A stretch of DNA of 64,000 nt from an uncultured Gammaproteobacteria bacterium (GCA_963714975.1 CAVQQD010000001.1:96001-160000), one strand, 5' to 3'. Numbered from the stretch's first letter, positions 29,218 through 40,808 are shown. Notes: generated by a model from the letters alone, not told the origin. A program made the numbers and translations.

Positions 29218-29999
29218 ATTACACCGTGGTAGGGCTATTTGTTGTCGTACTCACGGCGGTTATTATATTTGGCTTATTATGGTTTTCCGCAGGTAAGCGC
29301 AAGGAACATCTCAATTATCTCGTTTACATGAATGAAGCGGTTACTGGCTTAAGTGAACAAGCACCCGTGAAGTTTAATGGTGTCGAAGTTGGGTATGTCA
29401 GCGACATTAGTCTTAATCCAAGAAATCCTGCTCAAGTCCGGCTTATCCTGAGTGTCGTAACCGGCACCCCCATCAACCAGACGACGGTGGCTAAATTAAT
29501 GTTGCAAGGCATTACCGGCGTCAGCTACATTGGCCTACGAACGGATACCAGCAAGCAACCGCTGCCGTTAGTCAAATTACCAGGGGAAAAATATCCCATC
29601 ATTCCTTCAGCACCTTCCCTTTTAGTACAGTTAGATACTACAATTCGTGAACTGTCGCAAAACTTAAAATCAATCCGTATTGCAGTGCAAGGAGTATTTA
29701 CCAAAGAAAACCAGCAAGCACTGAGCAAAAGTCTGGCAAACATTGCCGAGTTTACTGATGTGCTAGCCAAAAATAGCAAGCAACTCGGGCAAGGAATTAA
29801 AAATGCTTCCTCTGCCTTTGCCCAGGGAAAAACTGCGGCACAGACGGTGTCTGAGCAAGCGTTGCCACAAATTATTCAGGCAATCAATAAATTAACCGGC
29901 GTAATCAATAACTTGGACCAATTTTCTAGCACATTGAAAAATAATCCTGCGATTTTAATTCGCGGCAAAGCTACACCATCCCCAGGACCAGGAGAGTGA
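29202..29999 (+). CDS. mlaD: MlaD/MCE-family protein
   Basis: N-terminal TM, VTGLSEQAPVKFNGVEVG, QGITGVSYI and a helical tail. Confidence 0.88.
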   Translation: MEPKVNYTVVGLFVVVLTAVIIFGLLWFSAGKRKEHLNYLVYMNEAVTGLSEQAPVKFNGVEVGYVSDISLNPRNPAQVRLILSVVTGTPINQTTVAKLMLQGITGVSYIGLRTDTSKQPLPLVKLPGEKYPIIPSAPSLLVQLDTTIRELSQNLKSIRIAVQGVFTKENQQALSKSLANIAEFTDVLAKNSKQLGQGIKNASSAFAQGKTAAQTVSEQALPQIIQAINKLTGVINNLDQFSSTLKNNPAILIRGKATPSPGPGE

Positions 30000-30002
30000 G
30001 AC

Positions 30003-30650
30003 ATGTGGAAACTTTTGAGAAGATTGAAGCTTTTTAAATCCCCCCTAACCTCCCTTTTCCAAAGGGGGGGAGTGGTTTTGTGCGTCACGCTGTTGTTAGG
30101 CGGATGTTCTTTGTTTAGCCCGGTTGAAACGCCTAACAAAACCTATTTATTAAATCCTAGTATGGGAAAAGTGCGCTTTGCACATTCTAAAGATGGGGTC
30201 ATTCTCATATCAACACCCACGGCCAACCCAGGCTACGATACCGAGAATATGGTTTACACGAAAACCCGCTACGAATTAAAGCATTTTGCCGAACATAGTT
30301 GGGTAGCTCCTCCTACCCAAATGCTTGCGCCTTTGCTGGTACAAAGCTTGCAACAAAGCGGGTGTTTCAAAACAGCAGCCATGGCGCCATACTCAGGAGA
30401 AACAAATTATGTGCTGAACACCCAGCTAGTAACTTTGCAGCAAGAATTTCAGGATGAAGGAAGTGATGTAAGATTGGTAATGGAAGCGACATTAGTAGAT
30501 AATCTGAGCCACGAAATAATCGCACATCGCCGCTTCCAGGCCGTTGTTCCAGCATGTCAGAATACTCCGTATGCGGGAGTGATTGCTGCTAATCAGGCTG
30601 TGGCGAATGTGTTAACACAAATTGTGCGTTTTACCTGTACTCATAAATGA
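30003..30650 (+). CDS. ABC-transport auxiliary lipoprotein (PqiC-like)
   Basis: Lipobox LLGGC and WVAPPTQML; last gene of the MCE operon. Confidence 0.85.
   Translation: MWKLLRRLKLFKSPLTSLFQRGGVVLCVTLLLGGCSLFSPVETPNKTYLLNPSMGKVRFAHSKDGVILISTPTANPGYDTENMVYTKTRYELKHFAEHSWVAPPTQMLAPLLVQSLQQSGCFKTAAMAPYSGETNYVLNTQLVTLQQEFQDEGSDVRLVMEATLVDNLSHEIIAHRRFQAVVPACQNTPYAGVIAANQAVANVLTQIVRFTCTHK
30036..30070 (+). repeat. Family B palindrome inside the lipoprotein signal peptide (KSPLTSLFQRGG)
   Basis: AAATCCCCCCTAACCTCCCTTTTCCAAAGGGGGG matches intergenic copies at 54391 and 62355. Confidence 0.8.
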
Positions 30651-30662
30651 AAGGAGACCATC

Positions 30663-31106
30663 ATGTTTCATGGAATAAAACCAAAAAAAATATATGTCTT
30701 AGTGGCCAATGCCAGCGAGGCACGGCTTTTTGAAACCACTCGCCTGGGTCACAGCTTAAAATTGCTCCGGGAATTTAGCCACCCAGAAAGTCGCGAAAAA
30801 GATCTTGAGTTATCAGCGGATCGCCCTGGCAGCTATAAAAGTCGGGACGAGGCGCATGGGGCGATGGAATATCCCAAAACGCGCAAAGAAGTAGAGATGG
30901 AGCATTTTGCCCTGGAATTAGCCCATGCGTTAGACCATGATGGTTACGACCAATTAGTAATTATGGCCCCACCGCATTTTCATTCTTTACTGGATCAGCA
31001 TCTAAAAGTGAGTACGCAAGATAAAATTGCGTATAAGGTAGAAAAGGATTACACCAAGGTGCCAATACATGAGCTGGTGTCGTATTTGGAGGAGCTGAGG
31101 GGGTGA
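30663..31106 (+). CDS. Host-attachment protein family (release-factor-like fold)
   Basis: VLVANASEARLF, HPESR, DRPG and LVIMAPP...KDYT. Confidence 0.8.
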   Translation: MFHGIKPKKIYVLVANASEARLFETTRLGHSLKLLREFSHPESREKDLELSADRPGSYKSRDEAHGAMEYPKTRKEVEMEHFALELAHALDHDGYDQLVIMAPPHFHSLLDQHLKVSTQDKIAYKVEKDYTKVPIHELVSYLEELRG

Positions 31107-31112
31107 AGGAAT

Positions 31113-31826
31113 TTATTCGGCATTAAAATAAACATTTTGCACGTCATCCAAATCTTCCAACATTTCTTGCAATTTTAGGATTTTTTCGCCTGTTTCTGGG
31201 TCAAGACTAACTTGAGTGCTAGCAATCCAAGTGACCTCAGCATTATCAGGGGTTAATCCGGCTGCAATCATGGTGTTTTTGACTGTTTCAAAGCTAGCAG
31301 GACTGGCATACACATCGATGCTGTGATCGTCATTCGTCACCACATCTTCAGCGCCTGATTCAATCGCAACATTCATAAGCTGATTTTCATCGGCATCCGG
31401 TGCAAAACTCAGGATGCCACACTCATGAAATAAATAAGCCACCGAACCTTCTGTGCCTAAATTACCCCCGCATTTCGCAAAAGCATGTCTTACTTCTGAC
31501 ACCGTGCGGTTGCGATTATCAGTCAGACAATCCACAATCACAGCCACACCACCAGGTCCATAGCCCTCATAGCGAATCTCCTCCATTAAATCCCCGTCTA
31601 AGCCACCTGCCCCTTTTTTCCGTGCCCGCTCTACCGTGTCCTTCGGCATATTATGACTTTGTGCTTTTTCAATCGCCAAGCGTAAGCGCGGATTAGCACT
31701 GGGATCGCCGCCTCCCCTCCGCGCCGCAACGGTAATTTCCCGAATTAATTTGGTAAAAATTTTTCCCCGCTTGGCATCTTGAGATTTTTTGCGGTATTGG
31801 ATATTAGCCCATTTACTATGCCCCGC
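31113..31826 (-). CDS. yebC: YebC/PmpR family protein
   Basis: [10 protein letters not shown] and YEGYGPGG; the true start is at 31826. Confidence 0.95.
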   Translation of the reverse strand, partial: AGHSKWANIQYRKKSQDAKRGKIFTKLIREITVAARRGGGDPSANPRLRLAIEKAQSHNMPKDTVERARKKGAGGLDGDLMEEIRYEGYGPGGVAVIVDCLTDNRNRTVSEVRHAFAKCGGNLGTEGSVAYLFHECGILSFAPDADENQLMNVAIESGAEDVVTNDDHSIDVYASPASFETVKNTMIAAGLTPDNAEVTWIASTQVSLDPETGEKILKLQEMLEDLDDVQNVYFNAE

Positions 31827-33612
31827 CATGAACCTTGCCTGCTGCAACTGAGTTTAACTTTAATCCCAACTCAACTAATTGGGCCTGACTGACGGGGGTG
31901 GGGGCGTGAGTCAATGGGCATTGTCCAGACTGAGTTTTGGGAAAGGCAATTACTTCTCGAATTGATGTACCTCCTACTAATAAAGTCACCAAACGATCCA
32001 AGCCAAAAGCAATTCCACCATGCGGAGGGCAGCCATAACGAAATGCCGTTAATAGGTGACTAAAACGTTCTTCAGCCTCTTGTTCTTGAATGCCCAATAA
32101 ACGAAATACCGCGCGCTGCATGTCTGCATTATGAATGCGAATTGACCCACCACCAATCTCCAGGCCATTGAGCACCACATCATAGGCGCGCGACAGAGCA
32201 GTACCGGGATTTGCTAAGAGCTCCTCCGGGTCCGCGCTGGCTGGTGCAGTAAAAGGATGATGCAGAGATTGCCAACGCCGCTCTTTCTCATCCCATTCAA
32301 ACATTGGAAAGTCCACCACCCAAGTAAAATGCCAACCCGAATCCATCAAGCCCCGATCTTGGCCGAGTTTTAATCGCAAGGCGGCGAGGGATTCACTAAC
32401 TACTTTGGCTTTATCGGCCCCAAAAAATAACATGTCGCCGTTTTCTGCCTGCACTCGATTGAGAATTTGTTCAATGACAAATTCAGGTAAGAATTTAACG
32501 ATGGGTGATTGCAGGCCTGCAATGCCAAGGGCACGATCCACTACTTTGATATAAGCCAAGCCTTTGGCTCCATACACGGCAACTAAACGGGTGTAATCAT
32601 CAATTTCTTTGCGGGATAATTCACCACCCTGTGGTAGCTTTAACACGGCTACGCGACTTTGCGGATCATTGGCTGCTTGGGCAAAAATTTTAAATTCCAC
32701 GTCGGTCAATAAGTCGGCAATGTCGACTAATTCGAGTGGGATGCGCAAATCGGGCCGATCAGTGCCAAAACGACGGATGGCTTCGGCATAAGTCATACGT
32801 GGCAAAGGATCAGGCAAGGCTACTTGTAAAATTTCCATAAAAACTTGTCGCAACATTTTTTCGACTAGAGATTGGATTACTTGTTCGTCAATAAACGACA
32901 TTTCCATATCGAGCTGAGTAAATTCAGGCTGACGATCAGCACGTAAATCTTCATCGCGAAAACAACGCACGATCTGGTAGTAACGATCCATCCCCGCCAC
33001 CATGAGGATTTGTTTAAATAATTGCGGCGATTGTGGGAGAGCATAAAAATGTCCGGGGTGAGTTCGACTGGGGACTAAGTAGTCACGCGCTCCTTCCGGG
33101 GTAGATTTGGTGAGAAAAGGCGTTTCAATTTCCCAGAAACCATGATGATTTAAAAATTGCCGTAAGCAATTGTTGACTTGAGCCCGCAGGCGTATGCGCT
33201 CGGTCATTTCTGGGCGACGTAAATCGAGGTAACGATATTCAAGCCGCAACTCTTCACTGGCTCCCGTGTATTCATCAATGCGCAGCGGCGGGGTTTCTGC
33301 ACTATTCAATAGGGTGATATGGTCAGCAATGACTTCCACCTGACCACTGGGTAATTTCGCATTCACCGTACCTGCGGGACGATGTTGCACCACTCCTTTT
33401 ACCAGTATGACAAATTCGCTGCGGACTTTTTCTGCCGTCGCAAATGCGCTGGCATGGAGAGGATTAAATACCACTTGCACTAATCCTTCTCGATCCCGCA
33501 AATCGAGGAAAATCAATCCTCCATGATCGCGACGACGATGCACCCAGCCACATATAGTGACAGGTTGTTGGATTAAGGATGCATTTACCTGGCCACAATA
33601 ATGAGTACGCAT
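31816..33612 (-). CDS. aspS: Aspartate-tRNA ligase
   Basis: [37 protein letters not shown] and [12 protein letters not shown]. Confidence 0.97.
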   Translation of the reverse strand: MRTHYCGQVNASLIQQPVTICGWVHRRRDHGGLIFLDLRDREGLVQVVFNPLHASAFATAEKVRSEFVILVKGVVQHRPAGTVNAKLPSGQVEVIADHITLLNSAETPPLRIDEYTGASEELRLEYRYLDLRRPEMTERIRLRAQVNNCLRQFLNHHGFWEIETPFLTKSTPEGARDYLVPSRTHPGHFYALPQSPQLFKQILMVAGMDRYYQIVRCFRDEDLRADRQPEFTQLDMEMSFIDEQVIQSLVEKMLRQVFMEILQVALPDPLPRMTYAEAIRRFGTDRPDLRIPLELVDIADLLTDVEFKIFAQAANDPQSRVAVLKLPQGGELSRKEIDDYTRLVAVYGAKGLAYIKVVDRALGIAGLQSPIVKFLPEFVIEQILNRVQAENGDMLFFGADKAKVVSESLAALRLKLGQDRGLMDSGWHFTWVVDFPMFEWDEKERRWQSLHHPFTAPASADPEELLANPGTALSRAYDVVLNGLEIGGGSIRIHNADMQRAVFRLLGIQEQEAEERFSHLLTAFRYGCPPHGGIAFGLDRLVTLLVGGTSIREVIAFPKTQSGQCPLTHAPTPVSQAQLVELGLKLNSVAAGKVHGGA

Positions 33613-33619
33613 GAGAATT

Positions 33620-33907
33620 TTACTCCTTTGATTCTGTTTTTTTATCGCTTTTCGTTTCTGTGTCTGTATTAGCAGTCTTAGTTTCTTCGGTTTTGGCTTC
33701 CCCTTCAGCTGCTGGTTGCGTATTATTTTTTGCATAGTCAGTCATATACCAACCACTGCCTTTCAATTGGAACCCTACGGGAGCTATTTTTTTACTTAAG
33801 CTATTTTTCCTGCATTTGGGGCACTCCGTGCACGGAGGGTCACTCATTTTTTGCATGACCTCCAGTTGATGACCACAAATTTGGCATTGATATTGATAAA
33901 TAGGCAT
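33620..33907 (-). CDS. FmdB-family zinc-ribbon protein
   Basis: [12 protein letters not shown]...CPKC...FQLKGSGWY; usual position upstream of aspS. Confidence 0.92.
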   Translation of the reverse strand: MPIYQYQCQICGHQLEVMQKMSDPPCTECPKCRKNSLSKKIAPVGFQLKGSGWYMTDYAKNNTQPAAEGEAKTEETKTANTDTETKSDKKTESKE

Positions 33908-33984
33908 GATCCACCGCTTGGTATTAATTAGGACGAACTAGCGATTTTACACGTTAATTCAGGATCCGCATCATAAATCTTCGA

Positions 33985-34037
33985 CATTATTCCTTCTCCC
34001 CTTTGTGGGAGAAGGTGGCCGCAGGCCGGATGAGGGG
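33985..34037 (+). repeat. Family A palindromic repeat, intergenic
   Basis: CCTTCTCCCCTTTGTGGGAGAAGGTGGCCGCAGGCCGGATGAGGGG. Confidence 0.88.
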
Positions 34038-34119
34038 TGGATTACGTTTAAGTGTTTGTTGATGCCTAAATTTAGTCAATGTACAATGCCTAAATTTATT
34101 CATTACATATTGAGTATCT

Positions 34120-35496
34120 ATGGATCCCAGATTCTACTTTAACAACAGGCACTTGGAAGATCCTGCGCGTTTTGCAGAATTGGATCCACAGCTGAAACGT
34201 CTGAGTCAGCAATTCTATACGTATTATTCGCCTTTATTGCAGCAATTGCCGGTCGATACGCCAGGTATTTATACCCTGAGTGGGGGGAGGCAAATTGGCA
34301 AAACCACGCTGCTCAAACAATGGATGTTAAAGCTTCTGAAAGAAGGAAAACTTCCTGAGGCATTGGCTTTTTTCTCCGGAGAGTTAATTGAAGACCACCA
34401 TGCATTATTAAACCTGCTGCAAGATCAACTGGCTACTATGCCTACCCACGGCTATCGCTATTTAATTCTTGATGAAGTCACTTACATACGCGATTGGGAT
34501 AAAGCTATTAAATATGCCGCCGATGTTGGCTTGTTTGACGATGTCATTGTAATTTTAACTGGATCTGATTTGGCGCTTATCAAAGAAGCGATGATGCGAC
34601 TGCCCGGCCGGCGGGGTAAGGCAGCAAAGGTTAATTTCCATGCCTATCCCTTGTCATTCCGTGAGACGGTAATATTGAAGCAACAGGGAAGCCCTGCGCT
34701 AGAGCAATGCCTAACCCCAGCCAACCCGACGGAAGCGGCCGTCACTATGTTATTTGCTGAATTTAACCACTATCTGCAACATGGCGGGTATTTGACAGCG
34801 ATCAATGATTTGGCCTTGCAGCACAAAATTTTGGATGCGACCTTAACGATTTATTCCGATTGGATCCGCGGCGATATGTTACGGCGGGGAAAACAGCTGC
34901 ATTATTTGCAGGAAATCATTGCCTCTATCATCAAACGTTATACCAGCCAAATAACTTGGAATGCACTCGCAAAGGATCTTTCCATTGACCATCCAGCCAC
35001 GGTTGCTGATTATATCGCCCAGTTAGAATTGATAGATGCCGTATTTGTGCAGTCTGCTTTATTAGAAGATAAATTAGCTCCGGCACCCAAAAAAGCCCGC
35101 AAGATTCTCTTTACCGACCCTTTTATTTTTCATGCCATGCGATCCTGGATCGCTCCGGTAAAAAATGCCTATGAGCAACAAATCCTGACCGCCTTAAACG
35201 ACCCGGTACTTTGCGCACAATTAGTCGAAAGTTGCGCAATTACCCAATATCGGCATTATTATCCAACTTATTATTTGAAGGCAGAAGGTGAAGTAGATAT
35301 CGCTTATGTCAAGCAAGGGCGCTTCTGGCCAATTGAAATTAAATGGACTCAACAGCTGCGAGCCAAGGACTTAAAACAAGTCTTAAAATATCCCAACAGT
35401 CGTATCTTTACCAAGAGCAAGCAAAATGGCATTTTGCAAACAATTCCAACAGAACCACTGCCATTAGCATTGTTTAATCTGCAAGCTTCTGCATAG
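34120..35496 (+). CDS. AAA+ ATP-binding protein (AAA_14 plus DUF4143 type)
   Basis: GGRQIGKT, LILDEV, LTGS, YLQHGGY and C-terminal EVD...PIEIK. Confidence 0.85.
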   Translation: MDPRFYFNNRHLEDPARFAELDPQLKRLSQQFYTYYSPLLQQLPVDTPGIYTLSGGRQIGKTTLLKQWMLKLLKEGKLPEALAFFSGELIEDHHALLNLLQDQLATMPTHGYRYLILDEVTYIRDWDKAIKYAADVGLFDDVIVILTGSDLALIKEAMMRLPGRRGKAAKVNFHAYPLSFRETVILKQQGSPALEQCLTPANPTEAAVTMLFAEFNHYLQHGGYLTAINDLALQHKILDATLTIYSDWIRGDMLRRGKQLHYLQEIIASIIKRYTSQITWNALAKDLSIDHPATVADYIAQLELIDAVFVQSALLEDKLAPAPKKARKILFTDPFIFHAMRSWIAPVKNAYEQQILTALNDPVLCAQLVESCAITQYRHYYPTYYLKAEGEVDIAYVKQGRFWPIEIKWTQQLRAKDLKQVLKYPNSRIFTKSKQNGILQTIPTEPLPLALFNLQASA

Positions 35497-35583
35497 GATT
35501 TAGTTGATAAGACAACCCAAGCGCTCTAACATATGGGAAATATTACCTACTCACAGCGTGGTTAGATTCCAGAGGATAACAAA

Positions 35584-36411
35584 ATGGCCAAATCAATTTT
35601 AATTACCGGGTGCTCTACCGGAATTGGGCTTTGTGCCGCACAAAGTCTGCAACAGCGGGGGTATCAGGTAATTGCTACGGTACGCAAACCCCAGGATAAA
35701 GTTAAACTAGAAGAGCAAGGCTTAACTTGCGTGTTATTAGATCTCAACGATTCCACTTCTATTCAACAGGCCTTCGCTGAAGTTTTGTCGTTGACGCAGG
35801 GTAAATTAGCTGCCTTAATCAATAACGCCGGATTTGGGGTGATGGGAGCCGTTGAAGATTTATCACGACAAAGTTTGCGGGCGCAATTTGAAACCAATGT
35901 GTTTGGCTTGCAAGAATTGACTAATCTGGTTATTCCAGTGATGCGCCAACAACGGCAAGGGCGGATTATTAATGTGAGTTCGGTGCTAGGTTTAGTGACC
36001 TTGCCCTACCGGGGGGCTTACTGTGCCTCCAAATATGCCCTGGAATCTTTGTCCGATGCACTACGGATGGAGCTGCGTGGCATTGGTATTCATGTCATCC
36101 TCATTGAACCAGGTCCCATTGTGAGTCAATTTCGGCAATCTGCAGAGGAAGTTATCAAAGAGCATATCGACATGACGGGCAGTCGCCATCGGGCCACTTA
36201 TGGTAATTTGTTGCAACGGCAGGCGCAGCAAAAAGACTCTTCGCGCTTTACTTTAGGGCCGGAGGCCGTCGTGGCGAAAATGCTGCACGCTTTGGAAAGC
36301 CCACGGCCGAAAATGCGCTATTTTGTAACCGTCCCCACTTATTTAATAGCCAGTTTAAGACGGCTGTTGCCTGCCAGGTGTTTGGCTTGGCTGTTAGCGA
36401 GGTTTTTATAA
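35584..36411 (+). CDS. SDR family oxidoreductase
   Basis: TGCSTGIG, NNAG and YCASK. Confidence 0.93.
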   Translation: MAKSILITGCSTGIGLCAAQSLQQRGYQVIATVRKPQDKVKLEEQGLTCVLLDLNDSTSIQQAFAEVLSLTQGKLAALINNAGFGVMGAVEDLSRQSLRAQFETNVFGLQELTNLVIPVMRQQRQGRIINVSSVLGLVTLPYRGAYCASKYALESLSDALRMELRGIGIHVILIEPGPIVSQFRQSAEEVIKEHIDMTGSRHRATYGNLLQRQAQQKDSSRFTLGPEAVVAKMLHALESPRPKMRYFVTVPTYLIASLRRLLPARCLAWLLARFL

Positions 36412-36416
36412 ATTAA

Positions 36417-37703
36417 ATGATTTTGCATTTAGCCATCACCACCATTATCTTAATTGCTTTCTCATTTGCAGCAATTGCTTTGATGGGTCAGCGACAACGA
36501 AAAATAATTACTCAGCTGAGCTCGCTTGAACAACGCATCAACGAACAGGGTCATGTATTAACCGAACGCTCAGTCCATCATCAACACTTAATGGACAGTG
36601 TGGTGCGGTTGCTCAATGAACAGCAACGCGCTGTGCAAGAGGGGCAAGCTCGTTTCGATCAACATCAATTAAACAGCTTAAAAACCTTGCAAGAAAGTTT
36701 GCAAAGTGGCATGACGGACGTCCGACGCCAAGTGACCGAAGCTTTGACTCAACACGGGCAAGCCTTAAGCCAACGGGTAGAAAAATTAACCCACACTACC
36801 GATCAACGACTGCATGATATTAGTGGTCAGGTGGAAAAGCGATTATCTGAAGGTTTTGAAAAAAGTACCCTGATATTTACCGATGTCATCAAACGCCTAG
36901 CCTTGATTGACGAAGCCCAAAAAAAAATTACTGAGCTGTCGAGCAATGTGGTTAGCTTACAGGAAATATTATCCGACAAGCGCTCGCGGGGTGCTTTTGG
37001 TGAAGTGCAATTAAACGCCTTAATTCGCAATGTGATGCCGGAACAGGCCTTTGCTTTTCAACATACCTTGTCGAATGGTAAGCGTGCTGATTGTGTGTTG
37101 TTTTTGCCGGAACCTACTGGCAATATAGCTATTGATGCTAAATTTCCTTTAGAAAGTTACCGTCTGCTGATGGATTTGACTTTGACGGAAAATGACCGCA
37201 AAGCTTTAGAACAAACATTTCGCCGCGATATTAAAAAGCATATCCAAGATATTGCTGACCGCTATATTTTACCTGGAGAAACCTCTGACGGAGCGATGAT
37301 GTTTATTCCTGCCGAAGCGATCTTTGCCGAAATTCACGCCCATTTTCCCGATTTGGTCGAACTAGCCCAGCAATTACGCGTGTGGCTGGTTTCCCCGACT
37401 ACCATGATGGCCATTCTAACGACCGCCAGAGCCGTATTAAAAGACGCAGCTACCCGCAAACAAGTGCATATTATTCAAGAGCATTTATTAATGTTGAGCA
37501 AAGATTTTCAGCGTTTTCAGGAGCGTATGGATAAATTGGCAAAACATATTAAACAAGTCCATGAAGATGCTGATGACTTGCATACTTCTTCCCGCAAAAT
37601 TAGCCAACGTTTTAATCGGATCGAAAAAGTTGAGTGGAATTATCCTTCTCCTCTTGTCGAAGAAGGCGCCCCTTCGACAGGCTCAGGGCAGGCTGGCGAA
37701 TGA
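36417..37703 (+). CDS. rmuC: DNA recombination protein RmuC
   Basis: RGAFGEVQL, IDAKFP, MFIPAEAIF and VSPTT; the last about 20 aa are repeat-derived. Confidence 0.93.
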   Translation: MILHLAITTIILIAFSFAAIALMGQRQRKIITQLSSLEQRINEQGHVLTERSVHHQHLMDSVVRLLNEQQRAVQEGQARFDQHQLNSLKTLQESLQSGMTDVRRQVTEALTQHGQALSQRVEKLTHTTDQRLHDISGQVEKRLSEGFEKSTLIFTDVIKRLALIDEAQKKITELSSNVVSLQEILSDKRSRGAFGEVQLNALIRNVMPEQAFAFQHTLSNGKRADCVLFLPEPTGNIAIDAKFPLESYRLLMDLTLTENDRKALEQTFRRDIKKHIQDIADRYILPGETSDGAMMFIPAEAIFAEIHAHFPDLVELAQQLRVWLVSPTTMMAILTTARAVLKDAATRKQVHIIQEHLLMLSKDFQRFQERMDKLAKHIKQVHEDADDLHTSSRKISQRFNRIEKVEWNYPSPLVEEGAPSTGSGQAGE

Positions 37704-37765
37704 GTGTAACTCTATCCTTCTCCCCTTGTGGGAGAAGGTGCCGAAGAGAGGCGGGATGAGGGGTG
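37641..37765 (+). repeat. Two family A repeats; the first carries a nested CCCTTCGACAGGCTCAGGG unit
   Basis: TATCCTTCTCC occurs at both 37641 and 37713. Confidence 0.8.
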
Positions 37766-37778
37766 AGCTCATGCGCGC

Positions 37779-38768
37779 CTAAATCAACCCCAATGCCCTC
37801 ACCGCATCACGCTCTTCACGTAATTCGTGCAAAGTTTGCTGAATCCTCTCCTGGCCAAAAGCATTGTGTTCCCAGCCAGTCTCAATTTCAAACCGGCCAT
37901 TTTTCACCCGTGAGGGGTAGGAAAAAATCAAACCTTCATCCACCCCATACTCGCCTTGCGAGCACACCGCTACAGAAAAACAGTCGTCTGCTGCAGTATC
38001 ATGGGTGAGGTGGTAGACCGTACCTAAAGCCGCATTGGCCGCAGAAGCAGCCGACGAACCACCACGCGCTTTAATCACTTTAGCACCGCGGGTTTGCACT
38101 TCGGGAATAAATTGTTCAATGAGCCAGGCCTCATCGGGAATGACTTCCAGCAACGGCCTATCACCAATACGGGCATGATAAAAATCTGGATATTGGCTGG
38201 TGGAATGATTGCCCCAAATCACCAAATTTCGCACCTCAGCGACACTAACTCCTGCTTTTAGCGCAATTTGCATCCGCGCCCGATTTTGATCCAGCAGGGT
38301 CATCGCGGAAAAACGCTCACGAGGAATATCCGGGGCATTGCCCATGGTAATTAAACAGTTCGTGTTGCAAGGATTCCCGACCACAGTAATCCGCACGTCG
38401 CTGGCCGCATGGTCATTAATCGCCCGGCCTTGCTGGGTAAAAATCCCGCCATTTACCTTCAGTAAATCCGAACGTTCCATGCCAGCCTTACGCGGCACTG
38501 CCCCCACCAAAACCGCCCAATTTACGTCTTTCATCACTAAATTCAAATCATCGGTGGCGACAATATTCCGCAATAAAGGAAAAGCACAATCCTCCAATTC
38601 CATCACCACGCCTTGCAATGCGGGCAAAGCAGCGGGTAATTCTAATAATTGCAATTCAATTTCAGTATCAGTGCCAAACATGTCACCACGAGCAATGCGA
38701 AATATCAGCGCATAACCAATTTGCCCTGCAGCACCTGTAACAGCAACTTTCATAGATTTTTTAGGCAT
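37779..38768 (-). CDS. mdh: Malate dehydrogenase
   Basis: [31 protein letters not shown] and SSAASAA. Confidence 0.96.
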   Translation of the reverse strand: MPKKSMKVAVTGAAGQIGYALIFRIARGDMFGTDTEIELQLLELPAALPALQGVVMELEDCAFPLLRNIVATDDLNLVMKDVNWAVLVGAVPRKAGMERSDLLKVNGGIFTQQGRAINDHAASDVRITVVGNPCNTNCLITMGNAPDIPRERFSAMTLLDQNRARMQIALKAGVSVAEVRNLVIWGNHSTSQYPDFYHARIGDRPLLEVIPDEAWLIEQFIPEVQTRGAKVIKARGGSSAASAANAALGTVYHLTHDTAADDCFSVAVCSQGEYGVDEGLIFSYPSRVKNGRFEIETGWEHNAFGQERIQQTLHELREERDAVRALGLI

Positions 38769-39526
38769 TTCGTATCTCCCAATGCAATAAAATGCGGATT
38801 CAAAAGCGAAGCCTTGCTATTGTAGCGTAAACGCTGTCCCTGTAAATCAAAAATACCGCCGCCAGCTTGTTCTAAAATACATTGCCCAGCGGCAGTGTCC
38901 CACTCACACGTATCACCAAAGCGCGGCGAGAAATCGCCCTTGCCTTCAGCCAGCAACCCAAACTTCCAAGCACTGGCAATTTGAATTTGGCGAAAACTTC
39001 CTAAATAACTAAAATGCTGCAGCAATTTTGCTGACTGCGCACTATGGCTGGTGAACATCACTGCTTCTTGCTCTGGCCAAGGGCGGGTATGTAAGTCCAT
39101 TATTTGTCCCGCAGCATCCAATTTAATCGCGATCTTTTGGGCTTCTGCATAATAACAATCCCCGGTCACAGGCACATAAATTACCCCAATTTTCGGCTGA
39201 TGATCCTCAATCAAGGCAATATTCACGGTAAATTCCCCTGAATGCGCAATGAACTGCCGGGTCCCATCTAAAGGATCCACTAACCAATGCTGCGGCCAAT
39301 GTTGCCGCGCTTCCCAAGGCGGTAACGTCCCCTCCTCAGACAAAATGGGAATCTGCGGAGTCAGGCGCAGCAATCCCTCGTGAATGATGGTATTCGCGCG
39401 AAGATCCGCTGCAGTAACCGGAGAATTATCCGCCTTGAGCGTGGGGGTTTCGCGACTCTTCGCCTCATAAAGCTCTAAAATCGCTTTCCCCGCCTGCTGG
39501 GCAAGCTGAATTAACGGCTGTTGCAA
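38750..39526 (-). CDS. cysQ: 3'(2'),5'-bisphosphate nucleotidase
   Basis: [16 protein letters not shown] and EWDTAAG. Confidence 0.93.
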   Translation of the reverse strand: MQQPLIQLAQQAGKAILELYEAKSRETPTLKADNSPVTAADLRANTIIHEGLLRLTPQIPILSEEGTLPPWEARQHWPQHWLVDPLDGTRQFIAHSGEFTVNIALIEDHQPKIGVIYVPVTGDCYYAEAQKIAIKLDAAGQIMDLHTRPWPEQEAVMFTSHSAQSAKLLQHFSYLGSFRQIQIASAWKFGLLAEGKGDFSPRFGDTCEWDTAAGQCILEQAGGGIFDLQGQRLRYNSKASLLNPHFIALGDTKCLKNL

Positions 39527-39561
39527 ATGAATGTCCTCCCTTTTTCATGGTACACTGAGTT

Positions 39562-40710
39562 ATGTTACAAGTGCCACCCTTATCACTGTATATTCACATC
39601 CCCTGGTGTGTACGAAAATGTCCCTACTGCGATTTCAATTCGCATCGCTTAAATAGCGACCTTCCCGAAGCAGAATATTGCACAGCACTCGCCGAGGATT
39701 TAAAGCGCGATCAAGTCTGGGCGCAAGATCGGCCGCTTTCTAGCATTTTCTTTGGCGGGGGTACACCTAGCTTATTTTCCCCCCAGGCAATTGAGCATAT
39801 TCTCAATACCGTGCAGAAACATTATCGACTGGCTGAGAATATCGAAATCACCCTAGAGGCCAACCCTGGAACCGTCGAGCAACAACGCTTTATAGGCTAC
39901 AAAACAGCGGGCATTAATCGACTTTCCTTAGGCATTCAAAGTTTTCAGGATGCGAAATTAACCGCACTTGGCCGTATTCATGATGCCAATGCCGCGCGAA
40001 CAGCTATCTCAGCTGCTCAAAGGGCGGGTTTTGATAATCTCAATCTAGATCTCATGTACGGCCTACCCCAACAAACCGTAGCAGAAGCTCTAGACGAGCT
40101 TCACGCAGCGCTGGCTTTTGCACCCGCTCATCTTTCCTGGTATCAATTAACTTTAGAACCTCACACCGCTTTTTATCACCACCCCCCGCCTTTACCCGCC
40201 GAAGATTTCATTTGGGAAATGCAGGTGCAAGGCCAAGCCTATTTAGCAGCCCAGGGTTTTGATGCTTATGAAATCTCAGCCTATTGCCAACAACCGCAGA
40301 AACGCTGCCGACATAATCTAAATTATTGGCAATTTGGCGATTATTTAGGGACAGGCGCTGGATCGCATGGTAAGATCACCGATGTAAGTCAGCAACGCGT
40401 CCTGCGTTATTGGAAGACCAAGCACCCAAGGGATTACTTAAACCCTGCTACGCCTTTTGTGGCTGGCCAAAAGGTGTTGCAGGCCCAAGAATTGCCACTG
40501 GAATTTATGTTAAATACGCTCCGCCTCTATGAGCGCATACCAACGAGCTTATTTACCACCAGAACTGGATTGCCACTATCTGCTATTAGCTCGCTCTTGG
40601 AGCAAGCAAGGCAGCAAGGCTGGTTAGAAGTGAACGAAGATTGTATTACCGTGACTGAATGGGGCAGGCGTTATTTAAATGAGGTGTTGTTACTGTTTAT
40701 AAAATTGTAA
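39562..40710 (+). CDS. hemW: Radical SAM heme chaperone HemW
   Basis: YIHIPWCVRKCPYCDFN, FGGGTPS and HNLNYW. Confidence 0.94.
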   Translation: MLQVPPLSLYIHIPWCVRKCPYCDFNSHRLNSDLPEAEYCTALAEDLKRDQVWAQDRPLSSIFFGGGTPSLFSPQAIEHILNTVQKHYRLAENIEITLEANPGTVEQQRFIGYKTAGINRLSLGIQSFQDAKLTALGRIHDANAARTAISAAQRAGFDNLNLDLMYGLPQQTVAEALDELHAALAFAPAHLSWYQLTLEPHTAFYHHPPPLPAEDFIWEMQVQGQAYLAAQGFDAYEISAYCQQPQKRCRHNLNYWQFGDYLGTGAGSHGKITDVSQQRVLRYWKTKHPRDYLNPATPFVAGQKVLQAQELPLEFMLNTLRLYERIPTSLFTTRTGLPLSAISSLLEQARQQGWLEVNEDCITVTEWGRRYLNEVLLLFIKL

Positions 40711-40780
40711 CCATTCACCACGATTTTGCCTCTCCCCTTGTGGGAGAAGGATTTTTACGCACAACGAGGGTGAATGATTA
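40707..40780 (-). mobile_element. Collapsed copy of the GTAAC/TCATTCACC-ended MITE; supplies the hemW stop codon
   Basis: Both termini of the 51852 element joined through one CTCCCCTTGTGGGAG core; flanked by ATAAAAT repeats. Confidence 0.78.
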
Positions 40781-40808
40781 ATAAAATAACCACTATGAGA
40801 TTTTTATT

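Noticed and set aside
33613-33735. 41-aa N-terminal extension of AspS in the ORF track (and a 7-aa extension of YebC)
   Set aside because: The extensions overlap upstream genes; the conserved starts are MRTHYCG at 33612 and MAGHSKW at 31826.
26700-40710. rdgB and hemW separated by about 12 kb although often adjacent
   Set aside because: The intervening genes are ordinary housekeeping genes; lineage-specific gene order is a sufficient explanation.
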